Assembly (NCBI RefSeq): GCF_001194135.2
Contig: NC_068983.1
Span: 66,770,274-66,809,706 of the forward strand
Source: Octopus bimaculoides
Taxonomy: Eukaryota
DNA length: 39,433 bases
Reading direction: 5' to 3'
The notes beneath the pieces were generated by a model. That model did not search any database. It was not told the origin of the DNA and worked only from the letters and a program-made list of their open reading frames with translations. Every line of letters begins with the position of its first letter. The first letter of the stretch is position 1. Below, piece by piece: positions 12,940 through 24,505 of the stretch. Both the position numbers and the translations under genes were made by a program.

Positions 12940-13200
12940 ATTTGTGTTGCAAGATTCTTGATGTGAAATCATGTGTTGAAACAGACATTGTTGTATTTCA
13001 GGATGGTCATTTACATTCATTTATTTTCCTTTTTTGCCAAATAAGCATATGTACTTTATATTTGTTATTCACTAGTTTATTACTGTTCTTATCTTTTTTT
13101 TTTTAACTTATGTCCATTGTCTGGAAATCTTTCATCACACATCTGTGACCTCTTCAGCGACATTTTACTTTTTCGTGTGTGCTCTTGCTGCACTTACTCC
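12940..13200 (-). pseudogene. Degenerate Cache-domain exon remnant
   Basis: RGHRCVMKDF, then about 21 codons later (frameshifted) IKYICLFGKKGK*MNVNDHPEIQQCLFQHMISHQES. Order and spacing fit the second Cache domain of CACHD1. Confidence 0.4.
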
Positions 13201-13804
13201 ATTCTGTTCTTCTAAGATGTGTATCCTTATGTGTGCATGCATTTGCATACGTTTGTGTGTGTGTGTGTATGTGTCTGTGTGTGTGTGTGTGCATGTATGT
13301 GTGTGTGTGGCTTTCTCCTCAGCCCCATCCTCTCAATCCATTGTGTGTTTGCCCACAATGTTGCCATCATGGTAGTTGTTGTTATTATTGCCATCGTTGT
13401 CACCAACGCTGCTGCTGTTGTTACTATTCATGTTGTTGATATTATTGTGACCGTCCATGAAATTGCTTGTGTGTGTGTTTGTATAGGTTCACTTCATATG
13501 TTGTTTGTATCCATGCCCTTTCTATGGATTTATTTATTTATTATTTATATTTTATCTATCTCTGTTTCCTATATTTATTACTGATATGTGACAAATATAT
13601 TTATTTATCTATTTATTTATTTATTATTTTTATTTATTTCTTTTATTTTTATATACCTATCCCTATTTCTTATATGTATCACAGGTAAGTGCATATATGT
13701 ATATTGTGTGTGTATTACCCTGTATGTGTCTGTGTATAATTTACTTTTTTCCTCTCCCTTCTTTTCCCTTCTGTTTTAGTCATGTGGTGTGGTGTGGTTG
13801 TGAG

Positions 13805-14790
13805 TGTTACTGTTCCATTCGTGTTTTCTATCGAGGCTTGGTCTGTCTATTACTATGTGTGTAACCTTTGTGATCTAAGTGTTGTGTCAGTTCTATGTGT
13901 CGATAATACTTTAACCTCTATGCTATTAATCGAGCCTCCATGTTCCGCCTGATCATCTTGCCAGAGCTCTGACAAGCTTTTCTCTTCTTTGAGCTCACTT
14001 CAATGTTCACCTATATGCTCACCTATGCTACTTGCAGTCTCTCCAATGTAGGCAGTTATCATGTTTCTGCACCATCCCTTAGTACATTGTAAGCTATGCA
14101 CTACATTCCTAACGTTACAGTTAACCCATGGGTTCATCCTATGTACAACACAATTATACTCTGTACAGGGGGACTTATCAAAGGGATAGGTACTACAGAT
14201 CAGGGATTTTATAGGGGCACCAGGTTTCTCTACTACTTTAATCCATAGATTGCCTTACTTAATGGTTTTCTAAACAGGTATGCTAGTTCACCACCAGGGG
14301 AACCATCGAGGTACATGACACTCTGATATTTTTTGTTGTCATATCAAGTGTTGGCCTTATTTTATTACTGGTCCTTTCAGCGCCGTTGCAGGATTGACTC
14401 CTGTACAGTGGGCAGATCCCCTTAGCATCACTCTCTATGATGGCTTTGTACTTAGTCCTGGCACCCTTATACACTCTAATTCTGTCCCTTTGAGTGTAGC
14501 CAGAGAACTGCATGCAGCGGATGAAATATTGTATGTATCTTTCCAATTCCATAGGGTTGCACATGTGAGACACAATCCTTATCACTCTCACCAAGTAAGC
14601 TATACGAATGTTAAATTTGGCATTGTCTGCAATTGCTGCATTCTTGTGAACATGGTACTTAAAGGACATTGTTTTGGCATAAGGAGTGTGAAGGACCTGG
14701 ACTTTACCCCACTTTGTTTCTAGTCAGAGTTCTTTGTCTAAAATGGGTAATCTATAGTTTGGGTGATTACTAGGGTAGTCTATTATCATT
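13805..14790 (-). mobile_element. Penelope-like element (Neptune/Naiad-type), RT C-terminus + Cys-rich linker + GIY-YIG, 5'-truncated and inactivated
   Basis: DYPSNHPNYRLPILDKEL*; LHTPYAKTMS; ORF 14283-14669 (...FIRCMQFSGY...CPLYR); IKVVEKPG...PCTEYNCVVH...NCNVRNVVHSLQC...AYIGETASSIGEHIGEH*...DRKHEW. Confidence 0.9.
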
Positions 14791-14799
14791 TCTTTCTAC

Positions 14800-15260
14800 T
14801 TCCTGCCTTCTTACAGAAAAGACGTGAATTCTTTTTCTCTCTCATTCACATCTAACTTCGCGTTCAAAGAAATAATAATTTTTCTGTCGTCTTGGCCTAA
14901 CAGCCCTTAAAGTTTGTTGTCACTGTCCTGTCTTCGTTTTTACTGTCTTGTTCTCACTGTCCTGTTCTTGTTTACACTTTCACCCACCGCAAAAATTTCC
15001 AAATTTTAATTAATTTGCTTGCGGGAAGGACTGCTCCAACTAAGTCGCGTATTGTCGTTGCCTTCGAAACGCGGAGTAGTTGGAGCAGGGATAACTGAAG
15101 ATGGGTAATATTCTTTATGTTGCATGTCTCATTTCTCTGTTTGTTTTTTCGTTATTAGAAGAAAAGTTCGTTTTCCGTCTTCGTTTTTATGTTTTCGTTT
15201 CTCATTGTGTTTAACGTTTTTTGTGATGTCCTGTACTCATATATGCTTGTATGTAAACAT
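14800..15260. repeat. Unclassified CpG-rich interspersed repeat with hairpin
   Basis: Abrupt CpG-rich block next to the truncated PLE end. Inverted repeat ctgctccaacta (15031-15042) / tagttggagcag (15077-15088). Confidence 0.45.
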
Positions 15261-15695
15261 ATAGATGTCGGTATGTACATATATGTATGGATATATGCAT
15301 AGAATTATATATTATTTATGTTATATATATATATATATNNNNNNNNNNNNNNNNNNNNNNNNNNNNNNNNNNNNNNNNNNNNNNNNNNNNNNNNNNNNNN
15401 NNNNNNNNNNNNNNNNNNNNNNNNNNNNNNNNNNNNNNNNNNNNNNNNNNNNNNNNNNNNNNNNNNNNNNNNNNNNNNNNNNNNNNNNNNNNNNNNNNNN
15501 NNNNNNNNNNNNNNNNNNNNNNNNNNNNNNNNNNNNNNNNNNNNNNNNNNNNNNNNNNNNNNNNNNNNNNNNNNNNNNNNNNNNNNNNNNNNNNNNNNNN
15601 NNNNNNNNNNNNNNNNNNNNNNNNNNNNNNNNNNNNNNNNNNNNNNNNNNNNNNNNNNNNNNNNNNNNNNNNNNNNNNNNNNNNNNNNNNNNNNN

Positions 15696-15719
<24 letters not shown>

Positions 15720-15730
<11 letters not shown>

Positions 15731-15810
15731 TATGTATATATAGTTATGTATACATATATATGTATATATAGTTATGTATACATATATATGTATATATAGT
15801 TATGTATACA
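15720..15810. repeat. 28-bp TA-derived minisatellite, about 3 copies
   Basis: Unit tatacatatatatgtatatatagttatg. Confidence 0.85.
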
Positions 15811-15845
15811 TATATATATATATGTAGATATATATTGATATATAT

Positions 15846-16465
15846 ATCATCATCATCATCGTCGTTGTCATTTAATGTCCGCTTTTCATGCTAGCATGGG
15901 TTGGACGATTTGACTGAGGACTGGTGGACCAGGAGGTGACCCCAGGCTCCAATCTGATTTGGCAGAGTTTCTACAGCTGGATGCCCTTCTTAATGCCAAC
16001 CATTCCGAGAGTGTAGTGGGTGCTTTTATGTGCCACCAGCACGAGAGCCAGTCAGGCGGTACTGGCGACAACCACACTCGAAATGGTGTATTTTATGTGC
16101 CACCTGCACAGGAGACAGTCCATCGGCACTGGCAACGATCACGCTCAAATGTCTTTTCACATGCCACTGGCACATGTGCCAGGAAGGCGATGTTGGTAAC
16201 GATCACGCTGGTGCTATTTACGTGCCACTGGCACGGAAGCCAGACAGCTGCTCTGGTAATGATTGTGCTCGGACGGTGCTCTTAGTGCTCCACTGGTACA
16301 GGTGCCAACACGATTTCGCTTGCCTCAACAGGTCTTCGCAAGCCGAGTTTAGTGTTCCTACAAATTTAGTTCCATTTCGATTTCACTTGCCTCACCATGT
16401 CTTCGCAAGCGGAGTTTAATGTCCAATGAAGGAATGCTATGCATAAGTAGGCTGGCTACATCCCT
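15846..16465 (-). mobile_element. RTE-tail SINE/LINE 3' region with internal tandem units
   Basis: Begins (CAT)n-tttaatgtccgc...ggatgcccttcttaatgccaacca. The same tail occurs at about 24320-24500, 32290-32430, 38050-38230 and 39240-39415. Confidence 0.75.
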
Positions 16466-16501
16466 GTGTATAAATATACATATATATTTATGTATATATA
16501 C

Positions 16502-16645
16502 TCATTGACAACACAGATCTTGCATCGTATGAGGCCTCTTCCTCCTCTGTTCCTAGGTACTTACAGCTTGTCAGTATTGTTTTTGGGGTGTAGTTCCTTG
16601 TAAGTTTTCATCACTTTTTTGGTTTTCGTGTCCATTTCCTCAAGC
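16502..16645 (-). mobile_element. Short R4-type fragment, close copy of 18143-18287
   Basis: Direct sequence match with scattered substitutions. Confidence 0.8.
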
Positions 16646-16678
16646 ACATATATGTATACATATATGTATATATATATT

Positions 16679-16722
<44 letters not shown>

Positions 16723-16809
16723 CATACATACATACATATATATATGTGTGTGTGTGTATAGATATATATATAGGACATTGGTCAATCCTAGAGTCACATA
16801 CAGTGTGTG

Positions 16810-17330
16810 ATCTGGGAATCGACAAGTGCAACGATGCCTCATTTCACTTACATATGAACAAGATGATGCCAATGTGCAGGCATATAGTTGGGTGGATTCT
16901 GAAACTCTTCAGAACAAGGGACCAGAAAACTATGCTGGTTTTATGGAAAATATTTGTTACTGCTCTTTATTGTTGTCACTCTACAGTGTCAAAATAATAG
17001 CAGTACTTGAGGCAGTTCAGCAGTTTCTACACCAGAAAGAACTACAACTCTACTCCCTGCAGCAATGACAGGAGAGGTATTCAGTGATATATGTATGGAA
17101 GATCCTGGAACGGCTGGTACCAAACTCTAATATCAAGAGCTATACCAGCACCTGAACTGGACATCACTATGCTGTTCCAAAGATCCCAGCTCTCCTGTCT
17201 AGAGTGAGGACCATGTACTGCAATAGCTTGGGATTCGAGGGCCCACAGCAATTTAACACTTTGCAAAAATATCTGGTCTTCATGAAGTAGGAGTAGATGA
17301 TTTTCTGCTATCCAAGGTCCCAGATGCACT
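16810..17330 (+). mobile_element. CR1-group LINE, C-terminal RT remnant
   Basis: VGWILKLFRTRDQKTMLVLWKIFV, VLEAVQ, LQLYSLQ, YMYGRS/WKILE pieces matching GWILRTF...LExxQ...LxLYSLxRRR...WKIL. Confidence 0.75.
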
Positions 17331-17339
17331 TACATCCAG

Positions 17340-17485
17340 GCAGGGAACTCAAAAGAGGGCAGCTATGTCAAACTCACTCCTTCACCAAAAGCCATTCACA
17401 TATGAATGGTCATTGTAAAGGTGATTACACTTGCAGTACTCCAGCATAGCCACAGCTTTGGGGGCTGAAACATAAAAGAATAAAA
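17340..17485 (+). mobile_element. SINE 3' fragment
   Basis: gcagtactccagcatagccacagc...gctgaaacataaaagaataaaa tail. Confidence 0.45.
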
Positions 17486-17486
17486 T

Positions 17487-18520
17487 GTCAGCCCTTGTAC
17501 CTATATCACAGGAGTTGCAATATCTATAATCTTGGTTTCTTTTCTCCTTTATCTACCACAACAATATCTGGTATCTGAGCATTGGTTAGGGAGTCACAAT
17601 GGATTGTAAAATCCTACAGTATCTTATATTCCTTGTTCTTGGTGACTCGTTCTGGTTCATGTTTGTACCATTTCTCACTCTGTCCAGGCCATACTTTTCC
17701 CTTAGGCTCCACTGGACAAAGTTAGCCATATTATTGTGCCCCCTTTTCGAGTGCTTTTGGGCCAGCTTGCTACACTCAGTCACAATATGTGAAATTGTTT
17801 CGTTTTTACTACTGCACATTCTACAAGGGGGTAATTTGCTGCTCTTATCTATTTGGAACGTGGTGTAATTAGTTCTCAGAACTTGTTCCTGAGCACTACA
17901 TATCAACACCGTGCATCATTTCAGATCACTTTTTATTAGCCATCTCCAAGTCTTACCCTTTGATTTCTCTGAGGTATTGCTCATGCAGTGATTTCATTTT
18001 CCAATTGTTTATTCTTTCTTCTTCATTTTGTTTCTTAAATGTTTGTGGGTGCATCACATTTTTGATAGGTATAGTATTGTTAATTCTAAAGCAGCAAGCA
18101 AGGATTCACTCTGGTGTTTGATGTACCATCCCAGACTGTTCCCATTGACAACACAGATTTTGCATCCTATGAGGCCTCTTCCTCCTCTGTTCCTAGGTAC
18201 ATACAGCTTGTCAGTATTGCTTTTGGGGTATAGTTCCTTGTAAGTTGTCATCACTTTTTTGGTTTTCCTGTCCATTTCCTCAAGCTCATTCTTTGTCCAC
18301 CTAGCAACACCTGTGCCATATCGCATTAAGGAAATAGCCCATGTTTTCATTGCCCTGATCTTGTTTCTTCTAATGATCCTACTTCCCATAATTAATTTGG
18401 TTCTTCCTTCATTTCACTTTCCTTGATTTTGATTATCATTATTTAAGACGTCACACAGTATCCAATATTGTGATATTGCTGATCACCCTTGCTGAGCTAC
18501 CTCCATGATGTTTCCTGGTC
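17487..18520 (-). mobile_element. R4/Dong-type non-LTR retrotransposon, 3' part (thumb, CCHC finger, RLE endonuclease)
   Basis: KLYVPRNRGGRGLIG; CRMCSSKNETISHIVTEC (C-X2-C-X8-H-X4-C); KIL*DFTIHCD...PDIVVVDK...IIDIATP (PD-D/ExK type RLE). Confidence 0.9.
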
Positions 18521-18529
18521 TTTTAAGTT

Positions 18530-20165
18530 GTTAGTTTCAGGGTGGAAATGACCATGTAATCTCATGCAGAGTAGGGTTTCTTCTCTCTCATTGGCTGTTC
18601 ATGATCAGAATTCATGAGCACTCTCAAGTCCATTTTTGATAAATCCTTCTGGATTAGCAACATACTGTAGCAAGTCTTGTTTGCTGTTTACCAAATATTC
18701 TGTTATGTTTCTTCTTTGACTGTTGATGCACTCTGATACGCTAACCATCCCACATTCACCGTTACCCCTCTTTATGTAGAGCCTCTGTACATTCGCCTTA
18801 GGGTGGAGGGCACCATGCATTGTCATTATCTTTCAGATAGTGGGATCGAGTAGGTTAGTCTCCCATCATTTCTCTGCTTAAGATATTGTCCAGCTCCAGG
18901 ATCCCAAGGTACTTGTACCTATCATCATCCAGGTCTTCCATTCTCTCTCCATTTGGCAATTCTATGCCCCTACAATCTGTTTCAAAGTGAGTGCATGCTT
19001 CAAGATACCGAATTCCATCCCTATATCCTTGCTGCACATCTGTACAGTCTCATCCAGCCTCTCCATTTCAGGCTCTGTTTTTGTGAACAGTTTTAAATCA
19101 TCCATGAAGAGAAGGTGGTTGAGATGAGGTCCATTCTTTCTCAGCTCATAATGCATGTTGACTTTGTGTAGGACTACAGAAAGTGGGATCAGTGCACATA
19201 TTTTTTCAGCTATTCCACACATATCAAGTGTTTCTAAAATCCATGAATGCAGCAACATATCGTAAGAATTTTTGAAGTCTATCCAGGTCATACACAAGTT
19301 TTTTGGTACCGTTTACAGTCTTTTGTGAGAACTTTGTCTATCACAAGGTGTTCCTTGGTGCTCTTGGACCCTTTTTGGCATCCCTTTTGTTCTACTGGAA
19401 GTAGATTGTTTTCTACAAGGAACCTTTTTATTTTCCCTGTGAGGATGCCTGTTAACACTTTCATAGGAGGTTAAGACAAGCAATAGGTCGGTAATTGCCA
19501 AGCCTATTGCCCTTTGACTGATCTTTAATCAACAATGTTGTCTTTCCCTCTAGAATCCACTCTGGAACTGCACTACTCTGTAGACAATTGTCTAACTAAT
19601 GCAATTTGCTTGTGTGTTGACCTAAACCACTTGAGCCAGTAACCTTGAATTCCATCTGGTCCTACCACTTTCCAGTTTGGCAGTTTTTTACCAGTGCAAT
19701 TACATCTTCCATTGTTATGTGCACATGGTCCTGTTGTGGAGCCTCCGAGTGATGGAGTTTGGATCTCACAGAATGAGTCCACTCAGTGCTGTAATTGTGG
19801 GAAACTTCTTGCCCCCAAATATTACTTCAAAACTGGTGGGTTTCTTCTGATTCAGGAGGTATATTATCTTCTGTATCTCCTCCTAAGATAGTAAAAAACT
19901 GCCTCTGGTTATTTAAGAACAATTGGTTTTGCTGGAACTGCGATATGCAATTAGTGAAGTGCTGTACTTTTAATGTTTTCGCCCACACACATTTTAGGGT
20001 TTTGATAAGTTTTGAAGTCTTTCTTTTCTATTTGGCATTTTGCATCAAGATATGTCCTTGTACCTTCATTAGCATTTTCCCATTGCTCTTCGGACCATTC
20101 CTCTATGCAACTCAGATCTTTATGCAAAGTTTTGATATCGCCTTCAATTCTCCACTTCCATCACA
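18530..20165 (-). mobile_element. Second R4/Dong-type element, RT domain, fragmented
   Basis: GPDGIQGYWLK; WIDFKNSYDMLLHSWI; NHLLFMDDLKLF...DIGMEFG; YKYLGILE; GALHPKANVQRLYIKR. Confidence 0.9.
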
Positions 20166-20166
20166 G

Positions 20167-20169
<3 letters not shown>

Positions 20170-20207
<38 letters not shown>

Positions 20208-20218
20208 GATTATTATTA
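20170..20218. repeat. (ATT)n microsatellite abutting the R4 element
   Basis: Directly visible. Confidence 0.95.
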
Positions 20219-20224
20219 CTGTTG

Positions 20225-20548
20225 TTGTTGTTGTTGCTATTATTAGGACACATGGCCTAGTGATTTGGGTGTTGCACTCACGATTGCGAGATCATGGTTT
20301 CAATTCTTAGGCCAGGTGGTGCGTTATGGCTCTTGAGCAAAACACTTCATCTCATGTTGCTCTGCGATCACTTAGACACCTGACACATGGTACACCATGC
20401 AGCTGTTCAGACAATGTTGATTTGATGGAGAGAGTGAGTTAATGTGTGGAGGAAACATTTGATCACTATAAACAAATCATTTGTGCAGGCCATTCAGCAA
20501 AAAGCTGAATGCTCACACATTGTCTTTGATGGGAGCGTCCATTGTAAA
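20225..20548 (+). mobile_element. tRNA-derived SINE with CORE-like central region
   Basis: A-box-like TGGCCTAGTG, B-box-like GGTTTCAATTC, then ttgagcaaaacacttcatctcatgttgctc. Confidence 0.7.
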
Positions 20549-20604
20549 TATATATATATATACATATATAAAGTGTATATATAATGTATCTGTATATTTA
20601 TAGG

Positions 20605-20637
<33 letters not shown>

Positions 20638-20779
20638 ATGTATATGTACTATATAATAGTAAGCACTTGGTTATAAATATGTAGGTACACATCCAGTTGT
20701 ATATTCGATATTTAATACTCCTTAGATGGTTTCTTAACCTCTGACTCATACAGACATATATATATGTATGTCTGTCTTC

Positions 20780-20859
<80 letters not shown>

Positions 20860-21551
20860 GATGATGATGGCTGTCCACTCATAACCAATGGTGACTATCA
20901 CTGACCACAACCCATCCAAAATGCCAGTAATGCTTGTGCAAGAAGTATTGCACCCATAGTCAGCTTCACCCAGGTTCACATCTATGGCTTCCTGCTCTAC
21001 TGGTAATGTAGAACCTAAAAGTTTAAGTCTAATAAGGCTTGTACTGCATCTTGTAGATGCTTTCCACTCTACTGACAAGCTAGGGTAAGATATCTAGTGT
21101 TAATACCGGTTGCAGGCACAGGAATATGGGAGTGCCATGATGTCAAGTGCAGGCAAAAAATCCTTGAAATATTCAATACCATTCCCTGTATATCTGGTTT
21201 TATATCCGAGTGACCATCTCCTAGAGACATACTTTAACAAAAGCTAAGGAGAATCTCACTCCCACTGGTCTTTCAGCACACAGAACATGAGGGCCCATGC
21301 TATTGCTAGATAGTTGTTGAACCTACACTAGATTTATTCACTCCTGTGACAGTCTGCTGGGTTTCTAGCAACTTCCCTCCTCAGAAAAGTATCATACCTT
21401 AATATTTGTCATTAAATCAAGTCATTTTAAAAAAAGTATTTAATATTAAATATTTATTATTAAATTGAAGGATTACTCTATATTTTTTAGTAGAGTGCAT
21501 GTTTATTAAACTGCAATGACTGTGTTTTTTCCAGTGGTAAAATGTGTCATG

Positions 21552-22285
21552 TTATGGTAACTCTCGTTGGAGGCCTAGTTCAAATGCTTCCTATGAAGGA
21601 AATGTCACTGAAGCACAAGCGGGTCACATGGTGGTGTTAAAAGAGGATTTGAGATATGCATATGGTATTTTCCCTCTTAAGGTTTTTAACCTGATAGTTA
21701 CTTCTTATTTATTTTATATACAGGGTGTTTGAGCTAAATTTGACACCTAATATCCCATCCAAAAATAAAAGTATTATAAAAAAATTTTAAAATGTCAACT
21801 AAATTATGGTTGGGAGATAACAGTTTACTCAAAGTAGCCACCCTCAGCTTCAAGACAACTGTGGAATCTGACACGTGCGTTCCTTACTGTGTAGTTGGGA
21901 AGATCTTCAAATACCTCCTTGATCTAAGGCAGAGTAATTGGTGTCTTTAACAACTGCACCCCTGATGTTTGAAGGTATATTCGGCCCCTGAACATCTGTT
22001 GGGATGCATGTGTCCTATTTTGCCCACAAGTCCTATGATACTGAATCAAGCTGTTATTAAATACATGTAAGCCCTACCAAACGTGTTGAATACTACTTCC
22101 TTTCATTTGTTCATTCGCTTGTATAGATGTACTGTATGCACCCACACACACATGCACACACAAATACACATGCATATGCATATCTCAAATCCTCTTTTAA
22201 CACCACCATGTGACCCGCTTGTGCTTCAGTGACATTTCCTTCATAGGAAGCATTTGAACTAGGCCTCCAACGAGAGTTACCATAA
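21552..22285. repeat. Perfect 113-bp inverted repeat pair (21552-21664 / 22173-22285)
   Basis: Compared base by base: 113/113 reverse-complement identity, 508-bp spacer, no N gap. Confidence 0.95.
21721..22110 (-). mobile_element. Tc1/mariner 3' remnant with one TIR
   Basis: TA|CAGGGTGTTTGAGCTAAATTTGACACC end. Minus strand IKEVFEDLPNYTVRNARVRFHSCLEAEGGYFE*, a mariner C-terminal ...EGGYFE motif. Confidence 0.75.
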
Positions 22286-22319
22286 TTCATCCAAGTCATC
22301 CATACACTTCTCTATATTA
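22173..22319 (-). pseudogene. Frameshifted exon lacking its GT donor
   Basis: Acceptor taaattttcag. Reads NIEKCMDDLDEL, then in another frame YGNSRWRPSSNASYEGNVTEAQAGHMVVLKEDLRYAY (~CACHD1 LRDLAEQ...KYG...KGSMMVL). Confidence 0.5.
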
Positions 22320-23917
22320 CTGAAAATTTAACTAATCCCTCTGGTTAATTTTCATTCCTATATTCTAACATCCATGTGGTTCATTTTGTCATAGACTCTA
22401 TGCATCACGTCCATCTCTCTTGCAAACACCTCATCATGTTTCTCTCTGGGGCACAATCTCTGCTGTGCAGCCTCAATCTGCTTTTATATATACATACATA
22501 TATCAATTTATCAGTTTGTCTGTCTATCTATCTATCTATCTATCTATCCATACATACGTACTTACACACACACACACACACGCAAATATATGTGGCTGAA
22601 AAGATTTTTTTACTATAAAAATTTATTAATTATATTAAAATATCTCAAAAACAAACAGGTGTTAACCTGCCTTTTAAGAAAGATTTTTATATAATTAATA
22701 ATTTTTTCAATTTAATAACATTTTTTTTCGAGCATAGTGACTATATCAAGGAATTTTTCTTCAATCCTTTTTTACACACACACACATGTATGTTTATATA
22801 GATGTGCATGTACATGTATGTAAGCGTATATGTATATCTATATGTTCACAGATACATATAATGTATATGCGTGCATACATATACATCTATATGCAAACAT
22901 ATATGTGTAGAGAAGTGGATAGATAGGAATGTGTGACATAGAGAAATTGTGAAAAACTGCCTCCTCTGGAATGTTATATAAACTGAAGGGTTTGTGTTTG
23001 AATTTTCATTTATAATTTAATAGTATTTTCTAAAATTATTCTCACACAACTGGAATAATTTTCACTGGTAAATATTTAGGTATGCATCTCATAATGAAAT
23101 TGATGGCACTTAATATCTTAACTAAATTTTCAGCATTAAGTTGGGGTTTAGAATAGAACTCCAAAAAATGTTCTTGCATTCAAATTATGATGACAGGTTT
23201 AATTTAAATATCAATTCTTTTGTTAAGTGAGTTGATATTAAATTAGTTAAATTTCACACTTTTTTGAAGGACCTTAATGTTAAACATAAACTACTGAGAA
23301 AAAAATCCTGAAAGATTTTTGATCTAGAGGGAAATTCTATGGGAAATTATTTTTGCAGTTCCTGTTTGACTCCTTTGCTTTTTGATACTAAGTGAAATTA
23401 ATTAAATTTCACTTTCACAAAGTACAACAGAGTAAACACACATGCACCTCCCCCCACCCCCACCCACACATGCATGCACTCATACGCTTGTCTGTGAGAA
23501 CAGAATTGGTTTAGAAAAAATTTATAGCAGCAGTAGTGTAGCAAAGTAAATAATATTGAAGAAACACTAATCACAATTATTCAAGATGGAAATAATCTAT
23601 CCGTTATGCTTAGAAGGGATAATGTGAAACAAAGTTAGATGTTTAAATTTGAAACTGTAACTGTATATTTGCTAAAATATTCTCATAATACATCTTTACG
23701 GTCTGATCCAACAGCTTGTTTTCCAATAGAAAGGAATAAAAATGTCAAAAGATATTTGTTTTTGCTGCAGTAGCGACTGCAGTGGCTTGCTACTGCTGCT
23801 GGTGATGATGATGACTATCATTATGATTAGAGTCCTATTATGAACTTGTGCCAGCAGTGACGCTAGTGTCACTGACATCACTTAATAGATGATGACCTTA
23901 ACTTGTTGTTTGCTTAC

Positions 23918-24061
23918 CTATAAGATAAATTTGGTCAATATAGCTGCTAGAACTGTTTGTAACGAAGAATAAAATATCACAAGTATTGCTTTTAGTTTNN
24001 NNNNNNNNGGAGTTATCAGATTCATACTCAAGAAAAAGCTGGAGGGTTGATTGATATGACA
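23918..24061 (-). pseudogene. Candidate exon spanning a 10-N gap, VWA domain part
   Basis: Donor TAG|gtaagc; possible acceptors start the exon at 24061 or 24038. Reads SYQSTLQLFLEYESDNS-[gap]-TKSNTCDILFFVTNSSSSYIDQIYLI. Confidence 0.5.
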
Positions 24062-24109
24062 CTTGAGGTAGATGTAAATCAGTGACAGACAGGTGAAAGG
24101 ATGTATTAT

Positions 24110-24144
<35 letters not shown>

Positions 24145-24319
24145 GCATGATTGATGCATTTATATTATGTGTATATTTACCTCATTTCCTTATATATCCA
24201 TATATTTTATGTGTGTAACTACATATATTTTGTTTCTGTATATATCCACATATTTTATGTAATTATATATATGCAGATGTGTTTGTGCTTATGCACATAC
24301 ACACACACATGCATATATG

Positions 24320-24505
24320 TGGCATGTAAAAAGCACCCACTACACTCTTTGAGTGGTTGGCATTAGGAAGGGCATCCAGCAGTAGAAAGCTTGCCAGATT
24401 ATATCGGAGCCAGATACAGCCTCCTGGCTTGCCAGTCCTCAGTCAAACCATCCAACCCATGACAGTATGGGTTGGACAGTTGGACGATGAAGATGATTAT
24501 ATATA
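24320..24505 (+). mobile_element. RTE-tail SINE fragment
   Basis: gagtggttggcattaggaagggcatccagc...ggacgatgaagatgat, the same family as 15846 in opposite orientation. Confidence 0.75.

Noticed and set aside
13990-14730. In-frame TGA codons in the PLE as selenocysteine (Naiad-like selenoprotein)
   Set aside because: Both TGAs sit where Trp is plausible (EL*, EH*), i.e. TGG->TGA. The copy also has frameshifts and I saw no SECIS.
15060-15110. CGAAAC...CTGAAGA as a permuted hammerhead
   Set aside because: Stem I and stem II closing pairs do not form in any permutation I tried.
16020-16310. Repeat-spacer-like array resembling CRISPR
   Set aside because: Eukaryotic context, degenerate units with related spacers, embedded in an RTE-tail element, no cas genes.
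21544-21732. Plus-strand ORF MSCYGNSRWRP... as an independent gene
   Set aside because: It is the inverted duplicate of the minus-strand exon, with an in-frame TAA just upstream.
23030-23170. Possible missing VWA exon (NAENLVKILSAINFIMRCIPKYLPVKIIPVV)
   Set aside because: Position is plausible but splice sites are weak and similarity is too low to support.
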